From Candidatus Hermodarchaeota archaeon (GTDB lineage Archaea; Asgardarchaeota; Lokiarchaeia; Sigyniarchaeales; SOKP01), in contig JBHLLP010000058.1 in NCBI GenBank assembly GCA_048885525.1, forward strand, positions 1 to 17,609: 17,609 bases of DNA, in the 5' to 3' direction. Within the stretch, counting starts at the first letter, position 1. Every line of letters begins with the position of its first letter. The notes under the pieces were generated by a model. That model searched no databases. It was not told where the DNA came from and worked only from the letters and a program-made list of their open reading frames with translations. A program made the position numbers and the translations under genes. Shown here piece after piece: positions 1-8,063 of this stretch.

Positions 1-650
1 TCATTAGCAATTTCCACTCCTGGTGCGCCAGTTTCATCAACAACAATAAACTTTAATCCTTTAGATGCCATTACAGCCCCAAGACCACCCCTACCCGCAT
101 ATCTACTTGGTAATCCTTCAGGATCATTAAAACATACTCCTGAAGCAGCACCTAATATCTCCGCAGCAATTCCAACACTACAAATACCAACATTATCTCC
201 AAATTGCTTAAAAAGATTTTTATAGGTATCATATAATCCTTTTCCTGACCACTTATTCGCATCAATAAATTCTGTTCCGTCATTCGTAACTTTAAGAAGA
301 TAATAATCATCTCCCTCGTGCTTTCCTTCAACTATAATAGCAGCGATTCGCATTCTTCCTAACATTTGAGCAAATGTTGTTCCTGCATTCGCCTCTTTAA
401 TTCCACCAGTCAAGGGTGATTTACCCCCGACTGAGATTCGTCCAGATGTAGGTGCGTCTGTTCCAGTTACAATCCCTGGAGCGAATACTAATTTATTATG
501 AGGACCTAATGGATGGCAGGTGGGAGGAACCTCTTTTGCGACAATAGTTGATGTCATTCCACGTCCACCTAATTCTTTGAATTCTTCTGGTAAATCTTCA
601 AAGTTAGCCTCAAGGTTAGTCATATTCACTCTTAACATTCTTTTTGGCAA
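1..650 (-). CDS. aor: Aldehyde:ferredoxin oxidoreductase (W/Mo-pterin), N-terminal part; runs off the left edge
   Basis: Not in the ORF track. Manual translation from TTG at 650: MPKRMLRVNMTNL...LGGRGM...CHPLGPHNKLVFAPG...TSGRISVGGKSPLTGGIKEANAG...RYAGRGGLGAVMASKGLKFIVV. These are classic AOR N-domain motifs (KSPLTG, GRGGLGAVMxSK). A GAGGTG Shine-Dalgarno lies at 662-657. Confidence 0.95.
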   Translation of the reverse strand, partial: MPKRMLRVNMTNLEANFEDLPEEFKELGGRGMTSTIVAKEVPPTCHPLGPHNKLVFAPGIVTGTDAPTSGRISVGGKSPLTGGIKEANAGTTFAQMLGRMRIAAIIVEGKHEGDDYYLLKVTNDGTEFIDANKWSGKGLYDTYKNLFKQFGDNVGICSVGIAAEILGAASGVCFNDPEGLPSRYAGRGGLGAVMASKGLKFIVVDETGAPGVEIAN

Positions 651-656
651 ATTTTT

Positions 657-662
657 CACCTC
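657..662 (-). promoter_or_regulatory. Shine-Dalgarno sequence for aor
   Basis: GAGGTG on the minus strand, 6 nt upstream of the TTG start at 650. Confidence 0.7.
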
Positions 663-812
663 TATTTTTTTAGGCGAGTAATAATAGTGTTTCTGTTTTA
701 TTTAAACAACTCGTTATGTATTGTCATTCAAAACGACAACTACTTGAAATCTCGATAATTTTAACAGAATCGAATAAATTTCTTTAATAACCGTGCTTTT
801 TTTCAAAGATAT

Positions 813-1091
813 ATGGTCGAGTTAAATAAAGAAGATAAAGAGTTTTTATCTTTCAAGATTATTCAAAGTGGAGAAATAAAAAAGGTACCATTAACTCTAG
901 TTAATATGAATAAAAACTTTCGCAACATATATCTATCATTATTAAAAGAATTGAAGTTGAAAGAAAAAGATACCTTTCTAAGCAACGAGGAGGGAAAGAT
1001 GATAGGACTTCCCGATTTAAGCTTAAGTTTAGAAGAAATTGTTCGTAAATTTGGTACTATTTTAAAACTATATTCTGAGAAAATATTTTAA
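813..1091 (+). CDS. Small protein with probable ubiquitin-like beta-grasp fold, UFM1-like, no C-terminal Gly
   Basis: 92-aa ORF with ATG start. By-eye alignment to UFM1: LSFKII~VSFKIT, NFRNIYLSLLKELKL~PFTAVLKFAAEEFKV, FLSNEEGKMIG~IITNDGIGIN, IVRKFGTILKLY~VFLKHGSELRII. Confidence 0.55.
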   Translation: MVELNKEDKEFLSFKIIQSGEIKKVPLTLVNMNKNFRNIYLSLLKELKLKEKDTFLSNEEGKMIGLPDLSLSLEEIVRKFGTILKLYSEKIF

Positions 1092-1102
1092 ATGCTTCTA
1101 TT

Positions 1103-3064
1103 CTAGAATCTACTCTTTAAAACAGGAATTATGAGATGAGTAGGAAATTCTTTCGAGTGAAATATTTTCTGCTCAGCTACCATATAATCTCCCGGTTGGC
1201 CTTCTCCTCCTAAATTTGCGTTAATATCAAATCGGGGAAAATTACTAGAAGTTATTTCTATGCGTATTTTATGTCCTTTTCTAAAGTAATTCGATGTATT
1301 ACCTAATTCTATCTCATATTCATAGACTTTATATGGTTCAATAGGAGAAGCTGCATTTTCTCCATTTCTAAATCTAGCCCTAATTCCAGCATCTAAAATA
1401 TTTAATGTTTTTCCTCGAGGATAAACGTCAACTAATTTGACCATGAAGTCTGTATCTTTTACTGACGAAGAGGCATAAAGTATCATCTTTACAGGACCAG
1501 TTACTTCTAATCCTTCATTTAAAGGTTTAGTGGAGAAGACTAAAACATCTTTTCGTTTTTCAGCATCTTTTTGATTTTGAGCTCCTTTTAAAATGCCTAA
1601 GTTTCTGCCACCTTTTGTTATGACTGGATTCATAGGATCAAAAGTATAAATATCTTCTTGTTCGTTAATTGGTTCTTTGAAATTTAACAGCCCATCTCCT
1701 TTTATACTATTTGCTCCTTTTATAGAATGAATATATAACTTTTTGTATTCGACATTTTCAAGCGGCCACTTCTCTGTGTATCTCCAAACATTTTTACCCA
1801 TTATCCAATATTTTATGGATGGTTTATTTATATCTGGAAGAGCATTTATATCTCCCATCAACCAATAACGGTTCCAGTTAAGATTTAAAAATTCTTTATA
1901 AAATCTAAGCATTCCTGCATTTCTAATCCGGCTTTCAGGATGACCGCTGGCTCCGTGAGCCCAAGATCCTATAAGCAATTTAGAATATTTTCTAGCATCA
2001 CCCTTAGCATTGTTTTTAATTTCAATAAAATCCTCTAATTGTTTCTCTAAAAACATATCTTGCCAGCCAGCTAGCATAAAAGCAGGTTGTGAGAATTTAG
2101 TACTGTCCATTTCTAAGAATCCTGACATTTTACGTGAATCCTTATCTAGTCCTCGAGTGATTAAAAAATCATTCAAAAATTTAAAATAAATTTTAAGATT
2201 ACGTTTAGAAGGATCAAATTCTTTAATATTATAATAAGCTACTAAGAGATCTTGAACCTCTTTAATAGATTTCCCTTTTAATTGAGATAACTTAAGTTGA
2301 CTTTTTTTTTTAATAGGATCATTGAATAATGAATATTTGGGATTGATAAACCTTTCATACATTAGATTTGTCATTGTGTCTACATCAGGAGCTTCTCTGT
2401 GGGACGCAATGTTAACCATTATTCGGTAAATTGAAGTCGTTAAAGCATGAATTTCGAGACCACCATTATTTTTCCATAAATTCAAAGTCGATGTAAGAGC
2501 CGGAGAAATACAAGTTAAATAATTATTATCCCAAGAAACTGCTAGTTGCGTTAACCCAAAATAACTCGCTCCAGCCATTCCTACTTTCCCATTGTACCAA
2601 TATTGTTTAGAAATCCATTTTAATGTTTCTATTCCGTCATCTCTTTCTGTAAACAAATAATAATTGAAACCACTGGAATGACTTGTCCCCCTTATATCTT
2701 GAATTATCGTAACGAATCCAAAAGCGGCATAGGTATACCCTAAGATACTTATACTGTCTTTCCAATAGGGTAATCTTACTAATATAGTTGGACACTTTAT
2801 TTTTTTCTTGTAGACACTTTTTGGAACATATACATCTGTTGCCAATCTTGTTCCATCTTTCAATTTTACCATACATTCAGGATATCTTTTGACACTATTC
2901 TTAGCGTACCCTAATCCCAAAAATATCCCCAAAATCTTCAGTAAAGGAACATAACCATGTTTCCTAATAATTTTATTAATAGATCTTATGAATTTCGGAA
3001 ATCGTGGATTTACTCCTACTTTTAGATAAGATAAGTCAGTAACATACTTCTCAATCATTATCAT
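1103..3064 (-). CDS. CocE/NonD family alpha/beta hydrolase (peptidase S15 plus PepX C-terminal domain)
   Basis: DGTRLATDVYVP, QDIRGT, nucleophile elbow GASYFG, GWQD (Asp), GSWAHG (His), and C-terminal DTDFMVKLVDV and SSNFPRFD motifs. Confidence 0.93.
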   Translation of the reverse strand: MIMIEKYVTDLSYLKVGVNPRFPKFIRSINKIIRKHGYVPLLKILGIFLGLGYAKNSVKRYPECMVKLKDGTRLATDVYVPKSVYKKKIKCPTILVRLPYWKDSISILGYTYAAFGFVTIIQDIRGTSHSSGFNYYLFTERDDGIETLKWISKQYWYNGKVGMAGASYFGLTQLAVSWDNNYLTCISPALTSTLNLWKNNGGLEIHALTTSIYRIMVNIASHREAPDVDTMTNLMYERFINPKYSLFNDPIKKKSQLKLSQLKGKSIKEVQDLLVAYYNIKEFDPSKRNLKIYFKFLNDFLITRGLDKDSRKMSGFLEMDSTKFSQPAFMLAGWQDMFLEKQLEDFIEIKNNAKGDARKYSKLLIGSWAHGASGHPESRIRNAGMLRFYKEFLNLNWNRYWLMGDINALPDINKPSIKYWIMGKNVWRYTEKWPLENVEYKKLYIHSIKGANSIKGDGLLNFKEPINEQEDIYTFDPMNPVITKGGRNLGILKGAQNQKDAEKRKDVLVFSTKPLNEGLEVTGPVKMILYASSSVKDTDFMVKLVDVYPRGKTLNILDAGIRARFRNGENAASPIEPYKVYEYEIELGNTSNYFRKGHKIRIEITSSNFPRFDINANLGGEGQPGDYMVAEQKIFHSKEFPTHLIIPVLKSRF

Positions 3065-3105
3065 TAAAAAAAATAGATAATTTAAAAAGTTTCGAAAATG
3101 AAAAA

Positions 3106-3213
3106 TGGCAGGCCCGAGGGGATTTGAACCCCTGATTTCTAATCAAAGGTTTCACAAGCCATTGATCTTCAGCTTAGGAGGCTGCCGCCTTATCCAGACT
3201 GGGCCACGGGCCT
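3106..3213 (-). tRNA. tRNA-Arg(CCT) with 30-nt non-canonical intron (3137-3166) and encoded CCA
   Basis: Reverse complement folds as acceptor AGGCCCG/CGGGCCT plus G73 plus CCA, D-arm GCC..GGC with GG in the loop, anticodon arm GCAGC-CTCCTAA-GCTGA (anticodon at 3178-3176), and T-arm AGGGG-TTCAAAT-CCCCT. There are 30 extra nt in the variable region. Confidence 0.95.
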
Positions 3214-3237
3214 AATATTAATAAGCATTTGTATAAT

Positions 3238-3245
3238 CATATAAA
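3238..3245 (-). promoter_or_regulatory. Probable TATA box of the tRNA-Arg gene
   Basis: TTTATATG on the minus strand, 25-32 nt upstream of the mature tRNA 5' end. The AT-rich background lowers specificity. Confidence 0.45.
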
Positions 3246-3297
3246 CATATTATATAATAAAAAGTTGAATGAATATCTCAACTAAAATCGAATTATA

Positions 3298-3462
3298 TTA
3301 TAAACTGAGAGCACTTCTATAATAAGCTACACCGCATATAGGGCAAAAGTATTGACCTTCGATAAATATCGCTTTTTCGATTGGTACTTCTGCTTGACAA
3401 TTCATAACGCAGCATGTTACTGTTTGGTCATTTTCTTGTTTTTCTTCAGACAATTTCATCAT
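3298..3462 (-). CDS. 54-aa zinc-finger microprotein (treble-clef/TRASH/LIM-like)
   Basis: Not in the ORF track. Translation: MMKLSEEKQENDQTVTCCVMNCQAEVPIEKAIFIEGQYFCPICGVAYYRSALSL*. It has a C-x4-C-x17-C-x2-C pattern with 'EGQYFCPIC' and fills the gap between the tRNA and the Sm gene. Confidence 0.8.
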   Translation of the reverse strand: MMKLSEEKQENDQTVTCCVMNCQAEVPIEKAIFIEGQYFCPICGVAYYRSALSL

Positions 3463-3587
3463 TGATTTTTATATGAGTATTTAAAGTTAAGTACTATAAA
3501 AACTATAGAAAGGTTTTAATTAGAATTGTATTTAATTGTAATTATAAATATTTTTTATGAATAATTGTTTTTTTGAGTTTTTAAAAG

Positions 3588-3848
3588 ATGGAAAGAAGAT
3601 CTAATAGACCTATTGATTATTTAAAATCCTCTATTAATGAAATAATTCTCATTAAAGTTAAACGTAACCGATTGTTCAGAGGCCGTTTAGGCGGGTTTGA
3701 TGAGCACTTAAACCTATATCTTGAAGAGACTAGTCAGATTTTCGAGTATCAAGATGATGAAGGTAATATTCGGGAAGAGCATGAAAATCTAGGAAGTATC
3801 GTTGTACGTGGAGACAATGTAATATTCGTCAATCTAGCTCATTTATAG
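3588..3848 (+). CDS. Sm/Lsm RNA-binding protein (SmAP), Lsm3-like
   Basis: Sm1 motif RPIDYL...FRGRLGGFDEHLNLYL and Sm2 motif GSIVVRGDNVIFV. Confidence 0.95.
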   Translation: MERRSNRPIDYLKSSINEIILIKVKRNRLFRGRLGGFDEHLNLYLEETSQIFEYQDDEGNIREEHENLGSIVVRGDNVIFVNLAHL

Positions 3849-4029
3849 AATGAATGGTATATCATCTTATAATTGTATCTAAAATTTAATCATACATGCA
3901 ATTTTGTTGCCATAGTTTTAAAGGAGACACTTAATTATATTTTTAAAGCGTGATTATCTACAAAGTAATAGTATAGTTATTTGTAATTTTTCTAATAATT
4001 AGCTTTATAGTTAGAGTGTTATTTAAAAA

Positions 4030-6090
4030 GTGAATTCACCAGAATTAATAAAAGATAGAAAACCAATCTTAATTAGTCCAAATTTGGGACACCCATTAAT
4101 TCTAAAAATAGATCGTAAACTAAAAGAGAAATATTTTGAAACACGTTTACTTTTTATTGGTGATGATTCAGAAACAGAATTAATTAGAAGTTCACTCCAA
4201 GAAAATATATCCTTAATTCCATTATTTGATTATAGATGGTCATATAAGTTAGCTTTTAGAAAGGCTAAAAAAGGTTTATTTTCAAAATGGAGGGAGCGAA
4301 GATTTAGGAGAAAGAGAAAGAGATTTCTTAAAGATAAATTAAAAATTGTACCAGAAGAAGAACTCAGTTTAGGACTGATTAGAAAATTAAAGTCTCGACT
4401 CCATAGAGGCAAACCTATTCTACCAAAAATAATAGGAATTAAACAATTTTCTGTAACTCCTATCCAAAATATATCTTCTATAGAAGATTTGGATCCTCAG
4501 GAGTTTCTAATAAAAAATCAAATATTTGGTGAATTAAATAAATTTTATGAAGTAAAAATCGCATTTACGCTAAATAAAGAAGTTCTGAAGTTTTTGAAGG
4601 AACGAAATTTTGTCATGTTTGACATTAATTGTTCCAATAACAGGATTAGTTATCACTCATTAGTGATTTCCAAGCAAAAATGGAATGATTTTACATTTGT
4701 TCATGCCACTGATTTGCATTTAGCTGAAAGAAATGATCGAATTTATGAAATAATTAAAAAATGGACAGAATCTTCGATAAAAGAGGGGGTTGAAGATTTT
4801 TTTAAGACAGTTAAAAAAAAATTGAAAATTAAAAAGAAAAAATCAGAAAAGGAAGAAATTTTATCGGATCTTAAAATCCCATTGAGAAAACGCTTGATTA
4901 ATCCAAATAATCAATTTCGAAGATTTATAAAATTAATGAATAGAAAAGTCCTTAGAAATGATCTAGATTTCATTGTAATAACAGGAGACATTGTTGATTA
5001 TACAATTTTAAGTAGAATATCAAAGAAGCTTCGAAAACTAGGCTTAGCTACGAAATTTAGCTACGAAGATAGTAATTGGCAAATTTTTAAAAATATACTT
5101 TTAAATATTCCTTCAAAGGAAACTTATAAAGGATTAATCAGAGGTGAAGAATTAAATTGCCCAATTTTTACGACAGTTGGGAATCATGATTATCGTCCGT
5201 TCCATTATGACTTAACATGGGGCGAAATGTATTCTAAGATTGGATTAAACGCTTCTGAAGCAATAGCATTGAATGAAATGTTTTCTGCTTCCCCTATTAC
5301 AGCTTTAACAAAAACATCATTAGCTTTAAAGGGATATTTGTCAGAAATAAATTCTTCCTTTGATTATTCTTTCATGCTAGGAGACAATTTGTTTATTGTA
5401 CTCAATACTGGTTCTGATTCGTTCAAAAATGTACGCGATTTAATTACTGGCCATCCATCGGTTACCGGAATTTCTTATAAGCAAATAAAATATTTAGAAA
5501 ATCTAATAAATAATGTAATTAAAAATGATACTAACACTTTTCTCTTTTTACATGGACCACCATTAAATACTGGAGGCAAAAAATATAGTATTAATATATT
5601 TGAAAAAAAGGGAAGTCGATTTATTACCCAAAAGTTAAATGAGTTTAAAGAATCATTGATTAGAAAATTAGGAAAACCTATATCAGCAGCGCGTATAGAT
5701 GGTTTATTTAATATGAAATATGGATCAGTCTCATCAAATTGGGAAAAACTTGTTGAATTTTGTAAAGATTATTGCGTTCTCACTCTTTCGGGTCATACTC
5801 ACGACTCAAAGGAGTTTAGATTAGAAGATGCTGAGAAGAAATCCAGTGTTTATGATGCACCTCCTTTTAGATTAAAAAAGATCGAGAATCCAGCTGCAAT
5901 ATATTATGATGATTATTCTGAACTATACTCAGATGCAAAAAGTATAAGGGAGAATGGACCTTTTGTAGTGCAAACCCCCGCTTTGGGATTAGGGAGCTAT
6001 AAAAACCCTGATACTGCAGGAGGATATAGAGAAATAGTTGTAAAAGGTTGTAAATTAAGTTCTTTTAAAATAAAATTTATTAATCGTTAA
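4030..6090 (+). CDS. Calcineurin-like metallophosphoesterase with long N-terminal extension and basic inserts
   Basis: All five motifs are in order: TDLH, TGDIVD, GNHD, LHGPP, SGHTH. GTG start. Substrate unknown. Confidence 0.88.
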   Translation: MNSPELIKDRKPILISPNLGHPLILKIDRKLKEKYFETRLLFIGDDSETELIRSSLQENISLIPLFDYRWSYKLAFRKAKKGLFSKWRERRFRRKRKRFLKDKLKIVPEEELSLGLIRKLKSRLHRGKPILPKIIGIKQFSVTPIQNISSIEDLDPQEFLIKNQIFGELNKFYEVKIAFTLNKEVLKFLKERNFVMFDINCSNNRISYHSLVISKQKWNDFTFVHATDLHLAERNDRIYEIIKKWTESSIKEGVEDFFKTVKKKLKIKKKKSEKEEILSDLKIPLRKRLINPNNQFRRFIKLMNRKVLRNDLDFIVITGDIVDYTILSRISKKLRKLGLATKFSYEDSNWQIFKNILLNIPSKETYKGLIRGEELNCPIFTTVGNHDYRPFHYDLTWGEMYSKIGLNASEAIALNEMFSASPITALTKTSLALKGYLSEINSSFDYSFMLGDNLFIVLNTGSDSFKNVRDLITGHPSVTGISYKQIKYLENLINNVIKNDTNTFLFLHGPPLNTGGKKYSINIFEKKGSRFITQKLNEFKESLIRKLGKPISAARIDGLFNMKYGSVSSNWEKLVEFCKDYCVLTLSGHTHDSKEFRLEDAEKKSSVYDAPPFRLKKIENPAAIYYDDYSELYSDAKSIRENGPFVVQTPALGLGSYKNPDTAGGYREIVVKGCKLSSFKIKFINR

Positions 6091-6298
6091 AATTGGATAA
6101 TATTTTATTACAATAATTTCAAATTTGTGTAAACTTACAATAAATTCATCTATAAATAAATTTCGTTTTTCTTCATGATAATACATTTTGTATAAATAAA
6201 TTATTAAATTGGAAATGATTATTTATCAGAAATTCACAGTCTTAATTAACAATTTCGTTCTATAATAAAAAAAATTTCTAAATATCGAAGTGTAATTA

Positions 6299-7738
6299 TT
6301 GTACATTAAAAATACAGCTCATCTTCTTTTAGATAATCTAGATAAGAATCAATTAATTTTAAGAAAAATTGGACTTCAAGCTCTTGAAAAATCAATTTAC
6401 GCTGTAAAACCTAAAAATCTGATGGAAAGATCTATTAAAATCAAAAATAGCAAATTAATTATACAAAAAGATGAATTTGATTTATCAAAATTTAAAAAAA
6501 TTTATATCATTGGTGGTGGTAAGGCTACTGCTGAAATGGCAGCATCACTTGAAGGTATTCTGTTAAATATAAAAGATGTCCATTATGAAGGGATTATTAA
6601 TATTCCAAAAGCTCTTGAAACATTAGATATGTTTAAAAAAAGTAAAATTTCAATCAATTTTGCTTCTCATCCTATTCCAAATGAAGATGGACTTAGAGGA
6701 ACGAAATTAATGATAAAAATTATAGAAAAATCAACCAAAAATGATCTTATTTTCGTTTTGATTTCTGGAGGTGGTTCTGCTTTACTTCCTTTACCAAAAC
6801 ATGGTATAAGCCTAAAAGATTTACAGGATATCAATTCTTTACTCTTGTCTTCAGGAGCATCAATTCAGGAGATTAACACAATCAGAAAGCATCTGTCAGA
6901 TTTTAAAGGGGGTAACCTTGTAAAAAAGTTATACAATTCTAGTGGTGCTACCTTAATTTCTTTGATCATTTCAGATGTAGTTGGAGATGATTTAGAATTT
7001 ATTGCTTCTGGACCCACTGTGCCGGATAAAACTACTTTTAAGGATGCTCTTGAAATTTTAAAGAAATATGAACTTTTAAATAAAATTCCTCAAATAGCAA
7101 GAGAACATATAGAGAAAGGAATATTAAACCAAAAGTTAGAGAATCCAAAGCCAAATGATAAATGTTTTATTAATATTTTTAATTATTTAATTGGAAGTGT
7201 AGCCTCTGCTGCTCAAGAAATTAGAACATATTTAAATAATAAAGGATTTAAGATTATAAATTTTTCAAATAATATTATTGGTGAAGCAAGAGAATTTGGA
7301 AAATCCCTCTATAGCATAATCTCTACCTATATAGAAGAAAGATCAGATAAATATAAAAATGAAAAAATTGCTCTAATTGGAACTGGTGAATTAACTGTTA
7401 CAATTAAAGGAACTGGTATCGGGGGGAGGAATCAAGAGATGCTGTTAAACTTCTTAAATATTATAAAAGATACTACTCTACATTATGATTTCTTAATCAT
7501 TGGTGCTAATCTTGATGGGATTGAAGGAAATAGTAAGGCTATGGGCGCTTTAATTGATAATTACGTATTGGAGCAATTAATTTCAAAAAAAATCGACGTT
7601 GAGAAATTTTTAGCAAATAATGATTCAAATTCATTTTTCAAGGAATTAGGAACCGAAATCATTACAGGACCCACAGGATGTAATGTAAATGATTTGTTAT
7701 TGATTTTAATTTCGAGGTCATTTAGTTTAAATAAATAA
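6299..7738 (+). CDS. gck: Glycerate 2-kinase, MOFRL family (DUF4147 + MOFRL)
   Basis: GGGKATAEMA, ASHPIP, LISGGGSALL, EINTIRKHLSDFKGG, SDVVGDDLEFIASGPT, GGRNQE, DGIEG, TGPTGCNVNDL. Confidence 0.93.
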   Translation: MYIKNTAHLLLDNLDKNQLILRKIGLQALEKSIYAVKPKNLMERSIKIKNSKLIIQKDEFDLSKFKKIYIIGGGKATAEMAASLEGILLNIKDVHYEGIINIPKALETLDMFKKSKISINFASHPIPNEDGLRGTKLMIKIIEKSTKNDLIFVLISGGGSALLPLPKHGISLKDLQDINSLLLSSGASIQEINTIRKHLSDFKGGNLVKKLYNSSGATLISLIISDVVGDDLEFIASGPTVPDKTTFKDALEILKKYELLNKIPQIAREHIEKGILNQKLENPKPNDKCFINIFNYLIGSVASAAQEIRTYLNNKGFKIINFSNNIIGEAREFGKSLYSIISTYIEERSDKYKNEKIALIGTGELTVTIKGTGIGGRNQEMLLNFLNIIKDTTLHYDFLIIGANLDGIEGNSKAMGALIDNYVLEQLISKKIDVEKFLANNDSNSFFKELGTEIITGPTGCNVNDLLLILISRSFSLNK

Positions 7739-7751
7739 AATTGTAAAAAAT

Positions 7752-7910
7752 ATGAGGGAAGTAACGATTTGCCCCGCTTGTGGTTTTAGCTTTCACTTAG
7801 AGGTTAAAACAAAAAAAAGACAGATTAAATGCCCTATGTGTGGTTACAAATTTAGTGATCCAACTTTTATACCACAGAGTAAAAAGGAATTTGATAACAA
7901 ATATATATAA
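7752..7910 (+). CDS. 52-aa CPxCG zinc-ribbon microprotein
   Basis: Not in the ORF track. Translation: MREVTICPACGFSFHLEVKTKKRQIKCPMCGYKFSDPTFIPQSKKEFDNKYI*. Two CPxCG knuckles; ATG is 13 nt after the gck stop. Confidence 0.85.
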   Translation: MREVTICPACGFSFHLEVKTKKRQIKCPMCGYKFSDPTFIPQSKKEFDNKYI

Positions 7911-8063
7911 AGCTGATTATATCCTTATCTCTTAACGCAGATCTCCCTAACTTTATATTGATAAATTTTTTAAAGTTTCGCGTTGAAATTAGACTATCGA
8001 TTAATTTATATTAATTGGTAAATAATTTTCAATTTGATCAAAACAAATTCTTGGTAAAAAACT

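Noticed and set aside
813-1091. Canonical MoaD/SAMP sulfur carrier for the neighbouring AOR
   Set aside because: It lacks the obligatory C-terminal Gly-Gly.
2637-2876. 79-aa alternative-frame ORF inside the CocE gene
   Set aside because: Fully nested in a well-supported gene, with no motifs.
3106-3130. tRNA 3' end as an integration (att) site for a mobile element
   Set aside because: No duplicate of the tRNA 3' end and no integrase or transposase was seen in the window.
3137-3166. Extra tRNA sequence read as a long class II variable arm
   Set aside because: Arg tRNAs are class I, a 35-nt variable region is too long, and a BHB splice motif explains the insert exactly.
4230-4412. 60-aa antisense ORF in the metallophosphoesterase gene
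   Set aside because: Antisense shadow of a well-supported gene.
6091-6298. AT-rich spacer with a short repeated ttacaataa
   Set aside because: Expected by chance at this AT content; no CRISPR-like periodicity or stable structure is visible.
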